A stretch of DNA of 63,636 bases, counting the filler, from Globobulimina sp. (Eukaryota): the NCBI GenBank assembly GCA_003354225.1. It is 49 parts of 49 records of this genome, joined end to end, with 100 filler letters (N's around TTAATTAATTAA, not from the genome) between each part and the next. Parts side by side here need not be neighbours in the genome. Positions count along the whole stretch, not along the records: positions 10,417 to 11,618 come from PIVH01021090.1; positions 11,719 to 12,920 come from PIVH01021091.1; positions 13,021 to 14,221 come from PIVH01021092.1; positions 14,322 to 15,522 come from PIVH01021093.1; positions 15,623 to 16,823 come from PIVH01021094.1; positions 16,924 to 18,124 come from PIVH01021095.1; positions 18,225 to 19,425 come from PIVH01021096.1; positions 19,526 to 20,726 come from PIVH01021097.1; 41 more parts are not named here. One strand, 5' to 3'. The stretch's first letter is position 1. The number at the start of each line of letters is the position of its first letter. Below, piece by piece: positions 11,435 to 24,240 of the stretch. A program made the position numbers and the translations under genes. The notes beneath the pieces are model-generated. The model was not told the origin of the DNA and searched no databases. It saw only the letters and a list, made by a program, of their open reading frames with translations.

Positions 11435-11730
11435 TCGTATCCTTGCACAGTTGCACTAGAAATAAATATTATTGCTGAGATTGTCACTATTTAAACTTTT
11501 AAACCTTAACGTTTCTGATCCGTTTAGCACACAGTTTTCTGCCTTCAACATTTGCTCGAAATGTCTGATTCGTTTGAGGAATCTCCAGATTCATATACTT
11601 TTTCCGCTGATGAATGGANNNNNNNNNNNNNNNNNNNNNNNNNNNNNNNNNNNNNNNNNNNNTTAATTAATTAANNNNNNNNNNNNNNNNNNNNNNNNNN
11701 NNNNNNNNNNNNNNNNNNTATAATAATTAA

Positions 11731-12045
11731 TTAACTGTCAATATCAACATATAAATAATCAAAACTTATAATATTTAAATTTGCACTAATTTTCTTTGTG
11801 ATAAATGATTCATTTTCATTTAAATCATTATCCAATGAATTCACACATTTTGAGCAAACTCTAAAGGGACTACTTGATATCTTATAATATTCACATTGTC
11901 TCCATGTACCACAGAAATAAAATTGTGTTTCATCTTTTGCATATTGTTTATGACAACATTTGCATTTTAATGTTTGTTTAGTAGGGAATGGTTTTAGCGG
12001 TTTTCCACAATAACAAACAGAATTGACATTTTCTTTATTATCCAT
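11731..12045 (-). CDS. Cys-rich zinc-binding protein, first exon
   Basis: CYCGKPL, CKCC, FYFC, VCSKC pattern. Confidence 0.5.
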   Translation of the reverse strand: MDNKENVNSVCYCGKPLKPFPTKQTLKCKCCHKQYAKDETQFYFCGTWRQCEYYKISSSPFRVCSKCVNSLDNDLNENESFITKKISANLNIISFDYLYVDIDS

Positions 12046-12429
12046 GGTTTAGATTTCTTTATTATCCAGATTTCAGGTCTGGGCGGTATGGTACGAAGCT
12101 GAGAGTTTTTTTTAAATAAAAGTAAAAGCAACTTTGCCTACAAGAGCTTATCCCATACAAGCGTTTGCCGAATCCCCTTGGCGATGGCACAGTTGAGAAG
12201 TTTTGGCGCTGGTCAACACTTCATTTGTTTTTAAACTTTTTTAATCTTTTTGAAACTTTTTGAAATCTTTTGAAACCAATCTTTCTCAAACAAACGTTAG
12301 AAATCAGTTATCCCATCACCTAGGAACTGAATCCACCGAATCTCGCGCGACTTGGCAAGAAATATCATGGCTTATGCATTGATAGTATGTATACACTGTC
12401 AGACAACATATTGCGTTTCTCTTCATTTT

Positions 12430-12735
12430 AAAATAATTCATGATCCAGTGCCAAATGCGATTGAGGCTAAAAATAATGTTCAAATAATAATATTTGAGGG
12501 ACTTTATATGATATATTGGAAACAGGTAAAGATTTATTGGATTATATTGTTTTTATGGATGCAAATAAAGAAAATATGCGCAATAGATTGGCAGAGAAAA
12601 ATCAAATATGCGCAACATTGGAAGATGTACAGAAGAATTATGACTCATTTATGAGAGAGTTGATTCAAAAATCCTATGATATTAAACGATGATAAATTAT
12701 TATTATCAGAGATGGATAAACGAAGAAAAGATATA
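12430..12735 (+). pseudogene. Frameshifted remnant of a uridine/pantothenate-kinase-like (YggC/YFH7-type) gene
   Basis: HDPVPNAI...IIIFEGLYM; homologous-looking DLLDYIVFMDAN continues in a shifted frame. Confidence 0.45.
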
Positions 12736-14321
12736 AAATATTGTCAGATAAGTAATTAATAATGTATACAAATGGAGCGAGTAATTAATAAAGTGTCTAA
12801 ATATTCATTGGTAATCGATTCATATTAAACATAATATTTGATATTTCCATTTTTTGACAAATTTTGACAATTTTTGTCGTATAAACGCATTGCTAGTATG
12901 TTCAAAGTACTTCAAAGTAGNNNNNNNNNNNNNNNNNNNNNNNNNNNNNNNNNNNNNNNNNNNNTTAATTAATTAANNNNNNNNNNNNNNNNNNNNNNNN
13001 NNNNNNNNNNNNNNNNNNNNTATATTTATAAAACATGGCAAATATTTACACAAAATAAAAAAAATATTGTTATAAATACGTGGATGTTAACGGGCTTTCC
13101 CTCAGAAATATTAGATTTATTGATGTATCCATTGAAAAGGGGTGAAAATAAAGTATCAAATAATAATATATTTAAACCAGTCATATTATCATTGTTTACA
13201 AACTTAGAAACAATCTTATTTTATACAACTGATAGTTGGGGTGTTGAAACATTTATTATCATCATTTTTTAGTTTATTTTGGGGAGATATTTTGTTTAAA
13301 CATAAATCATTGAAAAGTATACAAATAAAAGCAACACATAAATATAATGAAGATCATAGTTGGATATATAATGAATATATTTTAATGAATAAAGAGTTAA
13401 ATCAATTAAATCAAACACAATTTAAAATATCATTAAATATCACAGAAAATTCAAATAATTATAAAGAAAATACTTTATGTATTGACAGATTGTAATCTTA
13501 ATTAATACTGTGCTGTATAAATGTTATGTGGTTTACGTTTTTCATTTGATAAACTGTTATGAAACTTGCGTTTTTCAGACCTTGCTAGATTTTCGAATTT
13601 TATAAAAACATTTTTAATTTATTAAATCCGTAAAAATCCGTTGTTTCCAAATTCAACAATGTTACTACATTTACAGTCTTTGACTGTTTTAATACACTGC
13701 AAAAGTAGAAACCCAATCACCACAATGATAGTCGGTGAGTCTTAAACGTAATAAAATAATAAGGCAATCTCATAATGCATATTGACAACACGACTTACAC
13801 GACACCGACAGACCAATTTACAGTATTTAATGCAGCTGGAAAGTGCATGTTCCGCGGCATTCATAATTATAATTAGCATTAATAATTTTATCAATAATGT
13901 TTCAAAGAGTGCATTATGAATATGAATCGGTGCCAAGTCATGATGCTAAAATGTCACATGAATTCAACACACTTGAATTGCGTATTGACAAAATCAAAGA
14001 AAATAATTACAAGGATGAGTGTGGATACCAAGGATATGCATCCATTGCAGTTGTTTGTTTTTGTCTGATTACATTTATTTGTATACAACTTTTTTTATCA
14101 TTGCATGTGCAGCCAACACCATTCCCAAAACAGCAAATAAAAATGCACAACTTACTGCATATTATGAACATGCAAGCAATTGACTTATCTCTATACAAAC
14201 AACCATTTGATTATAGAATATNNNNNNNNNNNNNNNNNNNNNNNNNNNNNNNNNNNNNNNNNNNNTTAATTAATTAANNNNNNNNNNNNNNNNNNNNNNN
14301 NNNNNNNNNNNNNNNNNNNNN

Positions 14322-14492
14322 AGCAGAATAAAATGAATTATTGGAATCCCTATAAATACAGAATTCATCTCCATTGTAAATATCAGTGATATGGAGATTG
14401 TTGCACCATTTTGATGGTGTCAATGTGTGTAAATTTGTCGTATGTCCATCACCAAATTCACCACATTGGTTTCGACCAATACAATAAAGCAT
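14322..14492 (-). CDS. RCC1-repeat protein N-terminus
   Basis: LYCIGRNQCGEFGDGH...ITDIYNGDEF. Confidence 0.65.
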
Positions 14493-14676
14493 GATATGAC
14501 TGGCTTGAAAGCAAATGGGATTTGAATATAGTGTTTGCTGCAAAATAAGGCGGTGATGAGTAGATTTAGTTAGTAGAATTAGTTAGAAGATGGATCAGTT
14601 AATAAAACATTTAATTCAAAATAAATACAATCACGCTGTGACAACAAAATACAAAAACAAGAGATAAAAACATAAA

Positions 14677-15522
14677 TCAATATAAAATCATATAATAAAA
14701 CATAAACCCAGCCATTAATCCATATAATTGTGAGATCATAATCGCATTATCCAAAATAGCAAATTCTCCATTTTCGCAGGATAACACTTTACATTCATAG
14801 GATTGCCCCACTCGATAAACCATATTATTTGGATTGCAAGTTCCAGCGCCATATTCGCCAGTAATTAATAATTGTTCGTCACCGCATTTGTTGGAAACGA
14901 TTGCTTTATATTCATATTCAACCGAAACACATTGATATCCGCATGAACATGGACTTGGTGTTGCTTCTTTAATGAAACACATTTCAATGCTTATTTGGTT
15001 GATATCATTATGGTTCTCAGTGCTTTCTTCTTCGATTGAATCACTTGAATCCACTGAATCTATGTCAAATTGTACATACATATCACCACTGTCAATCGCT
15101 AATATTTGTGCATAATCAATTGGCCAATGATCAGATCTCCCAAATGCTGCATACTGAGCATACACTGTTCCATTTGTACAATAATCAGTTTGGCAGCAAC
15201 ACATTATACGTTTGTCCGTAATTAAACACCCTTCCATACCGACGCCGTTATCATCTTTTAATGAACAGGTTGAGAGTTCTGCGCATTTCCACGACCAAGT
15301 TTTTTCTGCATTAACTTCTGCACCAAACATGACTGACATTTTGCAGGCATTCCGTGTGATTCCTGTGGTTGGATCTGTATGGTCGCACACATCGCCTTTC
15401 CCTGCATATGGCTCACGATTATATGCTTCACACAAATCTGGATAGCTTTGGCATTCTTCACTTTCAGGATTGCCCCAAGTCAACGTTTCTTTGAAGCCAT
15501 ATGGACTCTCATCGTTCTGTTC
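14677..15522 (-). CDS. Cys-rich secreted/GPI-type surface protein (possibly two fused fragments)
   Basis: CCCQTDYCTNG (Ly6/three-finger-like end), second Cys cluster, hydrophobic C-terminus. Confidence 0.45.
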   Translation of the reverse strand, partial: EQNDESPYGFKETLTWGNPESEECQSYPDLCEAYNREPYAGKGDVCDHTDPTTGITRNACKMSVMFGAEVNAEKTWSWKCAELSTCSLKDDNGVGMEGCLITDKRIMCCCQTDYCTNGTVYAQYAAFGRSDHWPIDYAQILAIDSGDMYVQFDIDSVDSSDSIEEESTENHNDINQISIEMCFIKEATPSPCSCGYQCVSVEYEYKAIVSNKCGDEQLLITGEYGAGTCNPNNMVYRVGQSYECKVLSCENGEFAILDNAIMISQLYGLMAGFMFYYMILY

Positions 15523-15734
15523 NNNNNNNNNNNNNNNNNNNNNNNNNNNNNNNNNNNNNNNNNNNNTTAATTAATTAANNNNNNNNNNNNNNNNNNNNNN
15601 NNNNNNNNNNNNNNNNNNNNNNTTGTATATACATTTGCTTCACCATTGCCAAGGTCGTGCCTTTGCGCCAGTGAGAGCAGTGGGCGTGCTACAGAGGTCA
15701 TGTCAACCTTAAACTTAATTTGTAGACTGAACGC

Positions 15735-16618
15735 TTGTATGACATCACTGCAATAAACAGACACAAAGGTGCAGAAATCACACCGTTTAACGTTAAGGAT
15801 AAAGCGCAAATATTTGGAAGTACTGTGAAAAACGCAGGTATTAAACGATACAAAAAGGGCAAAATAAAAAATGATAGAGTCTATAATGGATCTAAGAAAA
15901 ACGACAAAATGAGGAGAGATAGGACGGGTAGTAACGGGAGCGAGCATTCTGTAGAAAGTGTGTCCAGCATTCAATCGAATCTTTCATTAAATAGTGGCAG
16001 CAGCTATGGGAATAACAGTACATTGAACAGAAACTATTCATCCTCATCGAAATCTGCATTGAATGCAAGTGGCTACCCAGAGTTGAGTCGGATTCCTTCA
16101 TTGCAGAAATCTGCAGCGGCGACTTCGGTGACAGTCGAATTGAAAAAGAAGTCACTTCCGAGGAATATAGGGATGCATTCGAGGGAACCGAGCGATGAAA
16201 TAAGTGAAGATACAGACGTCGAATCGCTGTTTAATTCGCGCGAAGGTTAATTGAGTTGTGTTTTTTGATGGTTTTATAGTGTGGCAATCTAAAATATATA
16301 GCCACACCAACATCGGCTGTGAGTACACCCAGAACATTGAAAGCCAAACATAAGAATAAGCGAAAAGGAAAAGGCAAAAGTTGGAGGACCACACACGAAG
16401 TTCAACGCAGTTTATCCACAGTCAAAGCTGATGCCTTTAAAAAAGTGAGCAATGATCGCGATGAATTGTCGCAACTACGACGTGGTTCTGGAGGAAGTGT
16501 CCGGGCGAAAAGGAAACAAATTCAGGATAATATGAAAAAACATCAATTTGGGAAAAAATATGAAAGTTCGAATTATATAAAGCAACATTTCCCATCGAGC
16601 ACATTCCAAAACGTATAA
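15735..16618 (+). CDS. Low-complexity Ser/Lys-rich protein, two probable exons
   Basis: ORFs 15735-16250 and 16319-16618 separated by an intron-like gap. Confidence 0.35.
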
Positions 16619-16979
16619 ATATTAAAAACTTAATATTTGGTTTTACATTGTAAATATATGAGCTTTTAATTGTCAGTTATTTATTTTTGTGTGGTTTAAT
16701 GAAATATATCTCATATTATATGTAATTTATTTTTTCGATGTTTGAAATTCTTGAATCGGAGAACAAAGCGTTTCTCAGATAATTGAATCAAATGTATACA
16801 ACTTATCGACCAGGGGGAGGGGGNNNNNNNNNNNNNNNNNNNNNNNNNNNNNNNNNNNNNNNNNNNNTTAATTAATTAANNNNNNNNNNNNNNNNNNNNN
16901 NNNNNNNNNNNNNNNNNNNNNNNTTCTAATTAAGCCATTTTCTATGGCTGTATAATCTCCTTGCACAACCTCAGAGAGC

Positions 16980-18124
16980 ATGACAGCCTCAACGTCTTCC
17001 AGTTTAATTGATTTAGTAACCCACGATTGGAAACAAATAAATTTACCATCATTACGCAGTGAATTGGATGAAAAACTAATAAATTTTGAGAAATTATCGA
17101 CAGAAAACAAATCACAACGAAAAGAATTATCCAAACAAACCAAAGAATTAAAAAAATCCTCCAAAGAAGACAAATTAAAGAAATTTGGTTCATTATTAAA
17201 ATTATACCAAAAACATATCGATTCCGTCAACTCGCAGTCTAAATTTATATTTGACACTTTTTTGAAAATATATAAGATATTATCACAAGCACCGGATCCT
17301 ATCGATGCGTTACAAAACGGACAAATACAAATCTTGAAATTACAAAAGGATTTATTCGATTATCACGACATTAAAATCAAACTCAAAAACTACGAAAAAG
17401 AGTTCAACGGCCTGGTGAACCAAGAAATTACTGTCAAAAAATTAAAAGAGGAAATCAAAAAAATCGAATCTGACAAACAAAAGGCAATCAACCTACAATT
17501 AATAAAACAAGAAAATACTTTAAAGCTCGAATTTTCTCAACAATTAAACGAGAAAGACACACAATATAAAGAATGCAAAGTGCAATTAAAACAATTGCAA
17601 TCTGAGATAATTCATTTGCAAAACGAATGCGATGAGCAACAAAACAATTTGTTATCGAAGCTAATCAACAATGAGCAAATGAAAAATATGAAGGAATCCA
17701 CCACCACAATGTTAGAGGAAGAGTTAGAAAGAGCAAATAGCGAAATATTGCGGTTATTGCATGTTAATAAAAATAAAAATATTCCTGTTGCAAATACGAA
17801 TGACACTGAACGGGAAATGTTGCTGTTTGAGATTGAGAGTCTTAAGAAGAGGATGAATGAATCTGTTGATCAGAATAAGCAGTTAAAGAATGATATGGAG
17901 CGCAAAGTGAATGACTATGATGATTTGAAGAGAGAGAAAGAAGTCAATATCAATAAATTAGCGCAAAATATTGAAAAATATAAGTTAAAGTTAGCAGAAT
18001 TACCGCCTATGGACGAATATGTTTTATTAAAGCAAAAAGTGACTATTCTTCAGCATGGATTTTTAAATTATAATAATAATACGTCATTTATTGGCGGTAC
18101 CGGCGATGATGTGGCTTCCTTATC
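16980..18124 (+). CDS. Golgin CASP / CUX1-N / Coy1 homologue, N-terminal part
   Basis: WKQINLPSLRSELD..RKELSKQTKELKK..LLKLYQKHID..FLKIYKILSQAPDP followed by coiled coil. Confidence 0.85.
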
Positions 18125-18226
18125 NNNNNNNNNNNNNNNNNNNNNNNNNNNNNNNNNNNNNNNNNNNNTTAATTAATTAANNNNNNNNNNNNNNNNNNNN
18201 NNNNNNNNNNNNNNNNNNNNNNNNTC

Positions 18227-18673
18227 TTAGATAACGACAGTATTGTAGACGGCAATAGCAATCCACTGGGTGGAGTAGGCGCTGGTAATGGTGATTTTGA
18301 TAGTGGAGAAATTTACAATATTACCCCCATAAACGATAACTTCGATTTTGCCATCGATATAACCCTCCACAGCACTGAAAACCTTGATGCGCGTGGCGCA
18401 ACTATGGCGGAAGATGATCCTTTTATCCCGGGTTGCAATATGAATGCGGGTATTGCAACCGTTTGGTATAAATACACGCCATCTGCCGATTCTGCAATTT
18501 CCCTTGATACCAAAGGGGCTGATTACGATACTTTCATCGCTGTCTGGACAGGCTCACGCGGAAACTTGAACCTTGTTGCTTGCAATGATGATGCAGGAGG
18601 CACAAAACAGTCGGCTGTTGCATTTCGTGTGACAGGAGGAGAAACATATTATATTGAGATCGGGCAACCATAA
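18227..18673 (+). CDS. Bacterial extracellular protein C-terminus (PPC-like domain)
   Basis: DNDSIVDGNSNPLGGVGAGNG, VWYKYTP, DTKGADYDTFIAVWTG, VACNDD, GETYYIEI; higher GC than the rest of the contig. Confidence 0.65.
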   Translation, partial: LDNDSIVDGNSNPLGGVGAGNGDFDSGEIYNITPINDNFDFAIDITLHSTENLDARGATMAEDDPFIPGCNMNAGIATVWYKYTPSADSAISLDTKGADYDTFIAVWTGSRGNLNLVACNDDAGGTKQSAVAFRVTGGETYYIEIGQP

Positions 18674-18691
18674 TTCATTGAGCATTTTCAC

Positions 18692-19150
18692 CTAAGAATG
18701 AAATCTTTCAGCATTGATCTTAGTATTTGGTAAAACACGATAACTTTCACCAAAACAACTTTGTGCAAAAGATAAATACGATTTGGACACATATTCAACT
18801 TTATAAACATGGCAATACATGGCCGCAGTTCCAATGATTGTAATTGCATTAAGTGTGCTTAATTTATATTTATTTGGTGTTGCATTTGTGAATATTTTTT
18901 CAAATAATTTTATTAGTAAAAATAATGTCCAATTCCATTTGAAGAAACCAAAATGTTTTTGTGCATTGAACGCAGCACAAAAACCTAATAAACACAGTTG
19001 TATGTTTTTTTTTGGTAAATTAACTTTGTGGATCAGCATTTTTAATACTTTTACTGATCCAAATAATGACAGAGTTTGTCCACTCAATAAAGCTAATTGT
19101 ACTAATAATTTGTTTCCTTCTTTTATTCTTTTATTTGATAATAACGCCAT
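18692..19150 (-). CDS. TMEM135-like membrane protein N-terminus (truncated at chimeric junction)
   Basis: Hydrophobic segments; AMYCHVYKVEYVSKSYLSF. Confidence 0.4.
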   Translation of the reverse strand: MALLSNKRIKEGNKLLVQLALLSGQTLSLFGSVKVLKMLIHKVNLPKKNIQLCLLGFCAAFNAQKHFGFFKWNWTLFLLIKLFEKIFTNATPNKYKLSTLNAITIIGTAAMYCHVYKVEYVSKSYLSFAQSCFGESYRVLPNTKINAERFHS

Positions 19151-20826
19151 TGCAAGTATCCTATTTTGTTATTTCTGGAGATGCTATTTTGGGTAATTAT
19201 GAATCGTATAAAATCAAATAATTATGAATCGTAGATTTTGGGATTTGTATGTTGGAATTATACGACATCGTTCTTTTTGAGGTCAATATTGGCAGTTGGT
19301 TATAACCTGAAGGCTGAATTAACAATTTTAATAACATTTTAACTCGTAATAGAAAATTAATGGAATGTTGTTTTGCCGTTATACTGCCGCACGATGTTTT
19401 TCCCAAAAATATCTTGCGCGATCTCNNNNNNNNNNNNNNNNNNNNNNNNNNNNNNNNNNNNNNNNNNNNTTAATTAATTAANNNNNNNNNNNNNNNNNNN
19501 NNNNNNNNNNNNNNNNNNNNNNNNNTGTACAATTCCCATAATATATCATCCACATTAATACAATACTCAGTCATATGATCATGACAATCATCTGCATCTG
19601 CGACATTTGGGAATAATTTATTATGATCGTCCTTGCAAACGCATGATGTCTGTCGCCAATATTCCTCCTGCAGTTGCAATGCATTATATTTACCATTTGC
19701 ATTCGTACCAATCGGATCGTACAATCCTTGCAACATTAATGATAATCGACGCCATACAATTGACACGCCACGACATTCCCCATTGGCGTCGATATCATTT
19801 GAATCTGAACTTTCGTCATAATAATCGTAGTCATAGCCATCATCATAATAATCATATTCATCTTCATCTTCATTCTCATCATCATCGTCGTCATCCAACA
19901 TAAATAATGCCAAATTTTGGTGCTCTTTCCAGCGCAATAACGTCAGGAATTGCTCATCTTATTTGTATATAATGTATTATATGTATTTATGTGCCAGTTA
20001 TATTAAAGATTAGTTGCAATTGGGACGCTACATACCGTTAAGCATGTAATTGTATTCATGTTTATATTCATCAGGTTCTCGGATCCATTCCTCTCGCAAT
20101 GGTATGATAATAATGGCGTTATAGAGTGAAATGGGCGGACAACGTTTCCACGAGTTCCATAAGCCGGTAATTGAGATAAATACGATTCTTTTCGGTGTTA
20201 TTGATGATACATCAATTGTGTGGGATATATTATACATTTTGTGGTAGTGTTGAAAGAATTCATCAAATGTTTGTGTTTTATTCTTGCAGCGTTTGACAAT
20301 TGTTTTACTTGTACCATCTTGGAAACTGATATTAATATTGGACTTGTTCGTATAATGTTTATTGAAAAAGGAGATATATGTTTATGTTGTACCTATTTTC
20401 ATTCCCCATATTTGTTTGAAAAAATAAAATAAAAGGTAAGTACTTAGGATTATGGAGGTATGTAAAGCTAGTTTCAAGAACCGTTTTTCCCAAAGATAAA
20501 AAAAAAAGAAAAACCGCTAGGTTGTTCTTATATTGGTTAATGTTCATATATTGGATTAATAACAGAATACAAACATTAAACTAGTTGGCGTATTTTTAGC
20601 GGATCTGCATTGTGGAATTTTCTTTAGTGTGAACTAGCATTGTGGAAGTCAAAAAGCATCCCCGCAAAGCGTTTTTCATGTTACAATGAAATGAAGTTTA
20701 ATGATTAACATGAAAAACTTTACCTCNNNNNNNNNNNNNNNNNNNNNNNNNNNNNNNNNNNNNNNNNNNNTTAATTAATTAANNNNNNNNNNNNNNNNNN
20801 NNNNNNNNNNNNNNNNNNNNNNNNNN

Positions 20827-22027
20827 TATTTATAAGATATCTCGCTAATAAATCCGATGCGTGTTTGTATCGATTATATACATTCACGAACGCGCGCCTT
20901 CCATTGCTAATAATCGTCGCAATCTGATGATTCCAATTCAAATTCCAATCAATCCACACACCGAGATATCTCACCGGCGAGTACTTTTTCGTAATTTCTT
21001 TATCGTCCATCATAATATCAAAGTACTTTTGTTTATGACGCTTTGCATCCAATTTGTCATCAATAACCATATAATTTTGCTTACTCGGCTGCAGAAATAG
21101 GCGCTTTTTCTTCGATATATAACTAATTAAATCGATAGCTTCCTGAATATTTTCCTTCAACTCCGCTCCAGAAACGCTTCCATCTGACACCAAATTGTTG
21201 TCGTCTGCGTATCCAATGAGTGTGAGTCCCAAATCCATCTCATTAATCACATCAAATTCCACTGTAAAAAATATAAACAATACAGGCGAAGGTGGCCAGC
21301 CTTGTGGCACTCCACAAATATCCTGACGCCACTCACTGTAAAATCCGTATACTTTAACTCTGCCCCACCGATATTCTAACGATACGTATAAATATTTCAG
21401 CGCAAATCCCGTAATACCAATATCCAATTCCATGCATTCTAAAATCATTCGATGCTGCAATGTATCAAACGCAGCCTTAAAATCAATCAGAATCAAATGC
21501 GTTTCCTTTCGTATCATCCTATTATTCCATATTAACTCCACCAAATAAGCAATGGTGTCGACACAACCAATGCCTTTAATAAATCCAAAGTGGCGAAATC
21601 TGATTATTTTCATCTTCATTCCATACGTAAGATACCTACCAGCCATCCATTTGTCAAATGGATTGCTGCAGCTCGACAGCAAAGAAACCGGCCGATAACT
21701 CTCCATATACTTTGCTTCTTTGCCTGCCTTCAAAATCACTGACACCTCCCTAATATTCATCGATTTCACTCTTAATCCCATAATAAATAAGATATTGTAA
21801 CATCGATACAGCCCTTCGTCCAAAATATCAATTCCTTTCTGAAGCAGTGTATAGTTTGATTTATCACTATTTCCTGCCTTGTTTCTGCTGAATGACATAA
21901 TGATTTTGCGGACTTCATCTAATCTCATAATCGAATTCATTTTCTTAGTTTCATCCATATGCAATTTCGTCCCAAATTTGGCTCGGTTCTTCTGTCGATA
22001 TCGTTTTATGATTTTATCAAACTTATC
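20827..22027 (-). mobile_element. Non-LTR retrotransposon ORF2 reverse transcriptase domain
   Basis: SYRPVSLLS, HFGFIKG, IDFKAAFDTL, GVPQGWPPSPVLF, YADD, RYLGVWID; open across the whole contig. Confidence 0.93.
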
Positions 22028-22609
22028 NNNNNNNNNNNNNNNNNNNNNNNNNNNNNNNNNNNNNNNNNNNNTTAATTAATTAANNNNNNNNNNNNNNNNN
22101 NNNNNNNNNNNNNNNNNNNNNNNNNNNCTCTAAATATATAGCAGGTTGATATATTAATATTTAGCATTCCAACCGACCAAAGCACCACTTCCATTGAAGA
22201 ACTATCAGACAGTATTAGAATTATATGGAATTATACGGCCAATTTCAATCGATACCTACATACAAAACGCGCCTATATTTGAAATATTACTTAAAGACAT
22301 ATTAGTTTATTGCATTAAATCAGAAACAATACGAATCCGTCAGATATCAATAACCAACAACAATACGGCTGTTCAATTTGATCCAAGTTATGTTCCAATT
22401 CATTATAACAAGTATTAATATTTGTTTCTATGTACAAAACATGATCAGATGACGCAATCCGTGTTGTATGGCGAGATTCGAGCGATGCAATGGCAAACTT
22501 GAGCGATTCGTCAAGCGAAGAATATCACGGTTATCAACAACAAACAACTTCAAACAATTCAAGCAGTGAAAATTGTATGTAAATATCTCAATACATATAC
22601 ATTTTTAAA

Positions 22610-23328
22610 TTAAAGCAATGATTTTTCGTGCAAACATGTTGCCAATTCTTCCAAAGTAATGACCCCATCCAACCCACCATACTCCACAAACTTATTATTA
22701 ATCCGGTCAATCACTGATTTATCAACCAATTGCATTTTGAGCAACATACCCTGTAAGAATTCAGCGCGTGTTATATTTTGACCATCATTACATTCATCAA
22801 ATTCTTTTAAATCTTCCAATTTTGTCAATGCAGTTTTCAATACGCTTCGCTGTAACCTCTCCTGTCTCCTATTTGCAATAAACACCGATATGGAACTGGC
22901 AATATTTGCTAATGCAACGCAACCAATTAAAACCGTACACGCTATAAATATTTTCGTAGTATCATCGTGATGCATGGCATGATTATCACCAAAGCCAACC
23001 GTTGTTGCAGTTATGAATCCGAAATATAACGCTTCAAACCAACCCATTTTTTCCTTTGCGAGATGCACAAAATATATAACCCAACAAAATAACCACACAA
23101 TAAACAATAATGTGTACGAAATATATTCACGAAAACGAAGGGGAATTCGAATGGATCTCTCCCAGTTCAGTTGTAATCTCTTTTTTATCTGTCCGTTCCG
23201 TCTACGACGCGCTCTCCGCCCTTTTTTTATTTCATCGGCCAATCTTCGCATTAATGCTTTGCGTTTTTGGCCAGACTCTCTGCGCTTATTAGCCTTCAAA
23301 TGCCGTTTTTGAATTATTAGCTGAGTAT
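22610..23328 (-). CDS. Tandem-pore K+ channel (TPK-like) C-terminal half with EF-hand-like tail
   Basis: YFGFITATTVGFGD selectivity filter; EFDECNDGQNITRAEF and DGVITLEEL. Confidence 0.85.
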
Positions 23329-23629
23329 NNNNNNNNNNNNNNNNNNNNNNNNNNNNNNNNNNNNNNNNNNNNTTAATTAATTAANNNNNNNNNNNNNNNN
23401 NNNNNNNNNNNNNNNNNNNNNNNNNNNNATACTGCATGTATGCCTTCACGCCTGACCGAACACTATGCCTTGTATATGAAGATTTTTACTTAGCCATCGG
23501 TTATACTTTTTACGAATTAATCGTTTCCTGAGCATTGAAATCTGTTGCCGTGAGAGCCGGTATCAGATATAGACAGACGTGTTGCATACAATTCAAATTC
23601 GTTGTTATATATAAAAAAATCATTCTGAT

Positions 23630-24199
23630 ATGACATATCCGGCAAATAAGAAAACCTGTATCGTTGTTTTTATCCTCATTTTTCTGCTCAACAACCTGTC
23701 TTTTGCACAGGACGCAATCCTGAAAAATTTGGTTGTTTCAAATAATGAAGAAGACCTCCTGTTTTTCCTTGATGTTGAAGGGGCTTTCAGGGAGGACATG
23801 GGAAAAGCGGTCCAGAGCGGAGTTCCGACAACGTTTTCATTTTTTGTCACACTTTACCAGGTTCGTGCTTTCTGGCTGGACAAGAAGATCGCCAGTGTCA
23901 ATATTACTCATACAATTAAGTATGATAACCTGAAGAATGAATATAGCGTTACGCGATCATGGGAAAACGACAAGCCGGTTGCTACACAGTCATTTGAAGA
24001 CGCAAAGAAACAAATGGGCAGGATTGAAAGTCTGAGAATTATTCAACTCGAAAGCTTGAGCAAAGGAAAGCAGTATCAAATACGTTCAAAAGCTGAGCTT
24101 AGCAAGATGACACTTCCCCTTTATCTGCATTATGTTCTTTTCTTCGTTTCTCTCTGGGACTTTGAAACAGATTGGTATACAATTGATTTTACATACTGA
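23630..24199 (+). CDS. DUF4390-family exported protein (bacterial)
   Basis: Signal peptide; AVQSGVPTTFSF, HTIKYDNLKNEY, WDFETDWY; lies upstream of an NtrY-like kinase, the usual arrangement. Confidence 0.8.
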   Translation: MTYPANKKTCIVVFILIFLLNNLSFAQDAILKNLVVSNNEEDLLFFLDVEGAFREDMGKAVQSGVPTTFSFFVTLYQVRAFWLDKKIASVNITHTIKYDNLKNEYSVTRSWENDKPVATQSFEDAKKQMGRIESLRIIQLESLSKGKQYQIRSKAELSKMTLPLYLHYVLFFVSLWDFETDWYTIDFTY

Positions 24200-24240
24200 G
24201 CGCTTGCGCAAAAACAGGTTGGAATTTTTCCGCAGGCAAT

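Noticed and set aside
18225-19425. Bacteria-to-eukaryote horizontal transfer in mixed contigs (also 1303-2504, 32536-33736, 53337-54536)
   Set aside because: Genes are cut mid-frame at the joins, and similar eukaryote-eukaryote collisions occur (~40760, ~56500), as expected for amplification chimeras.
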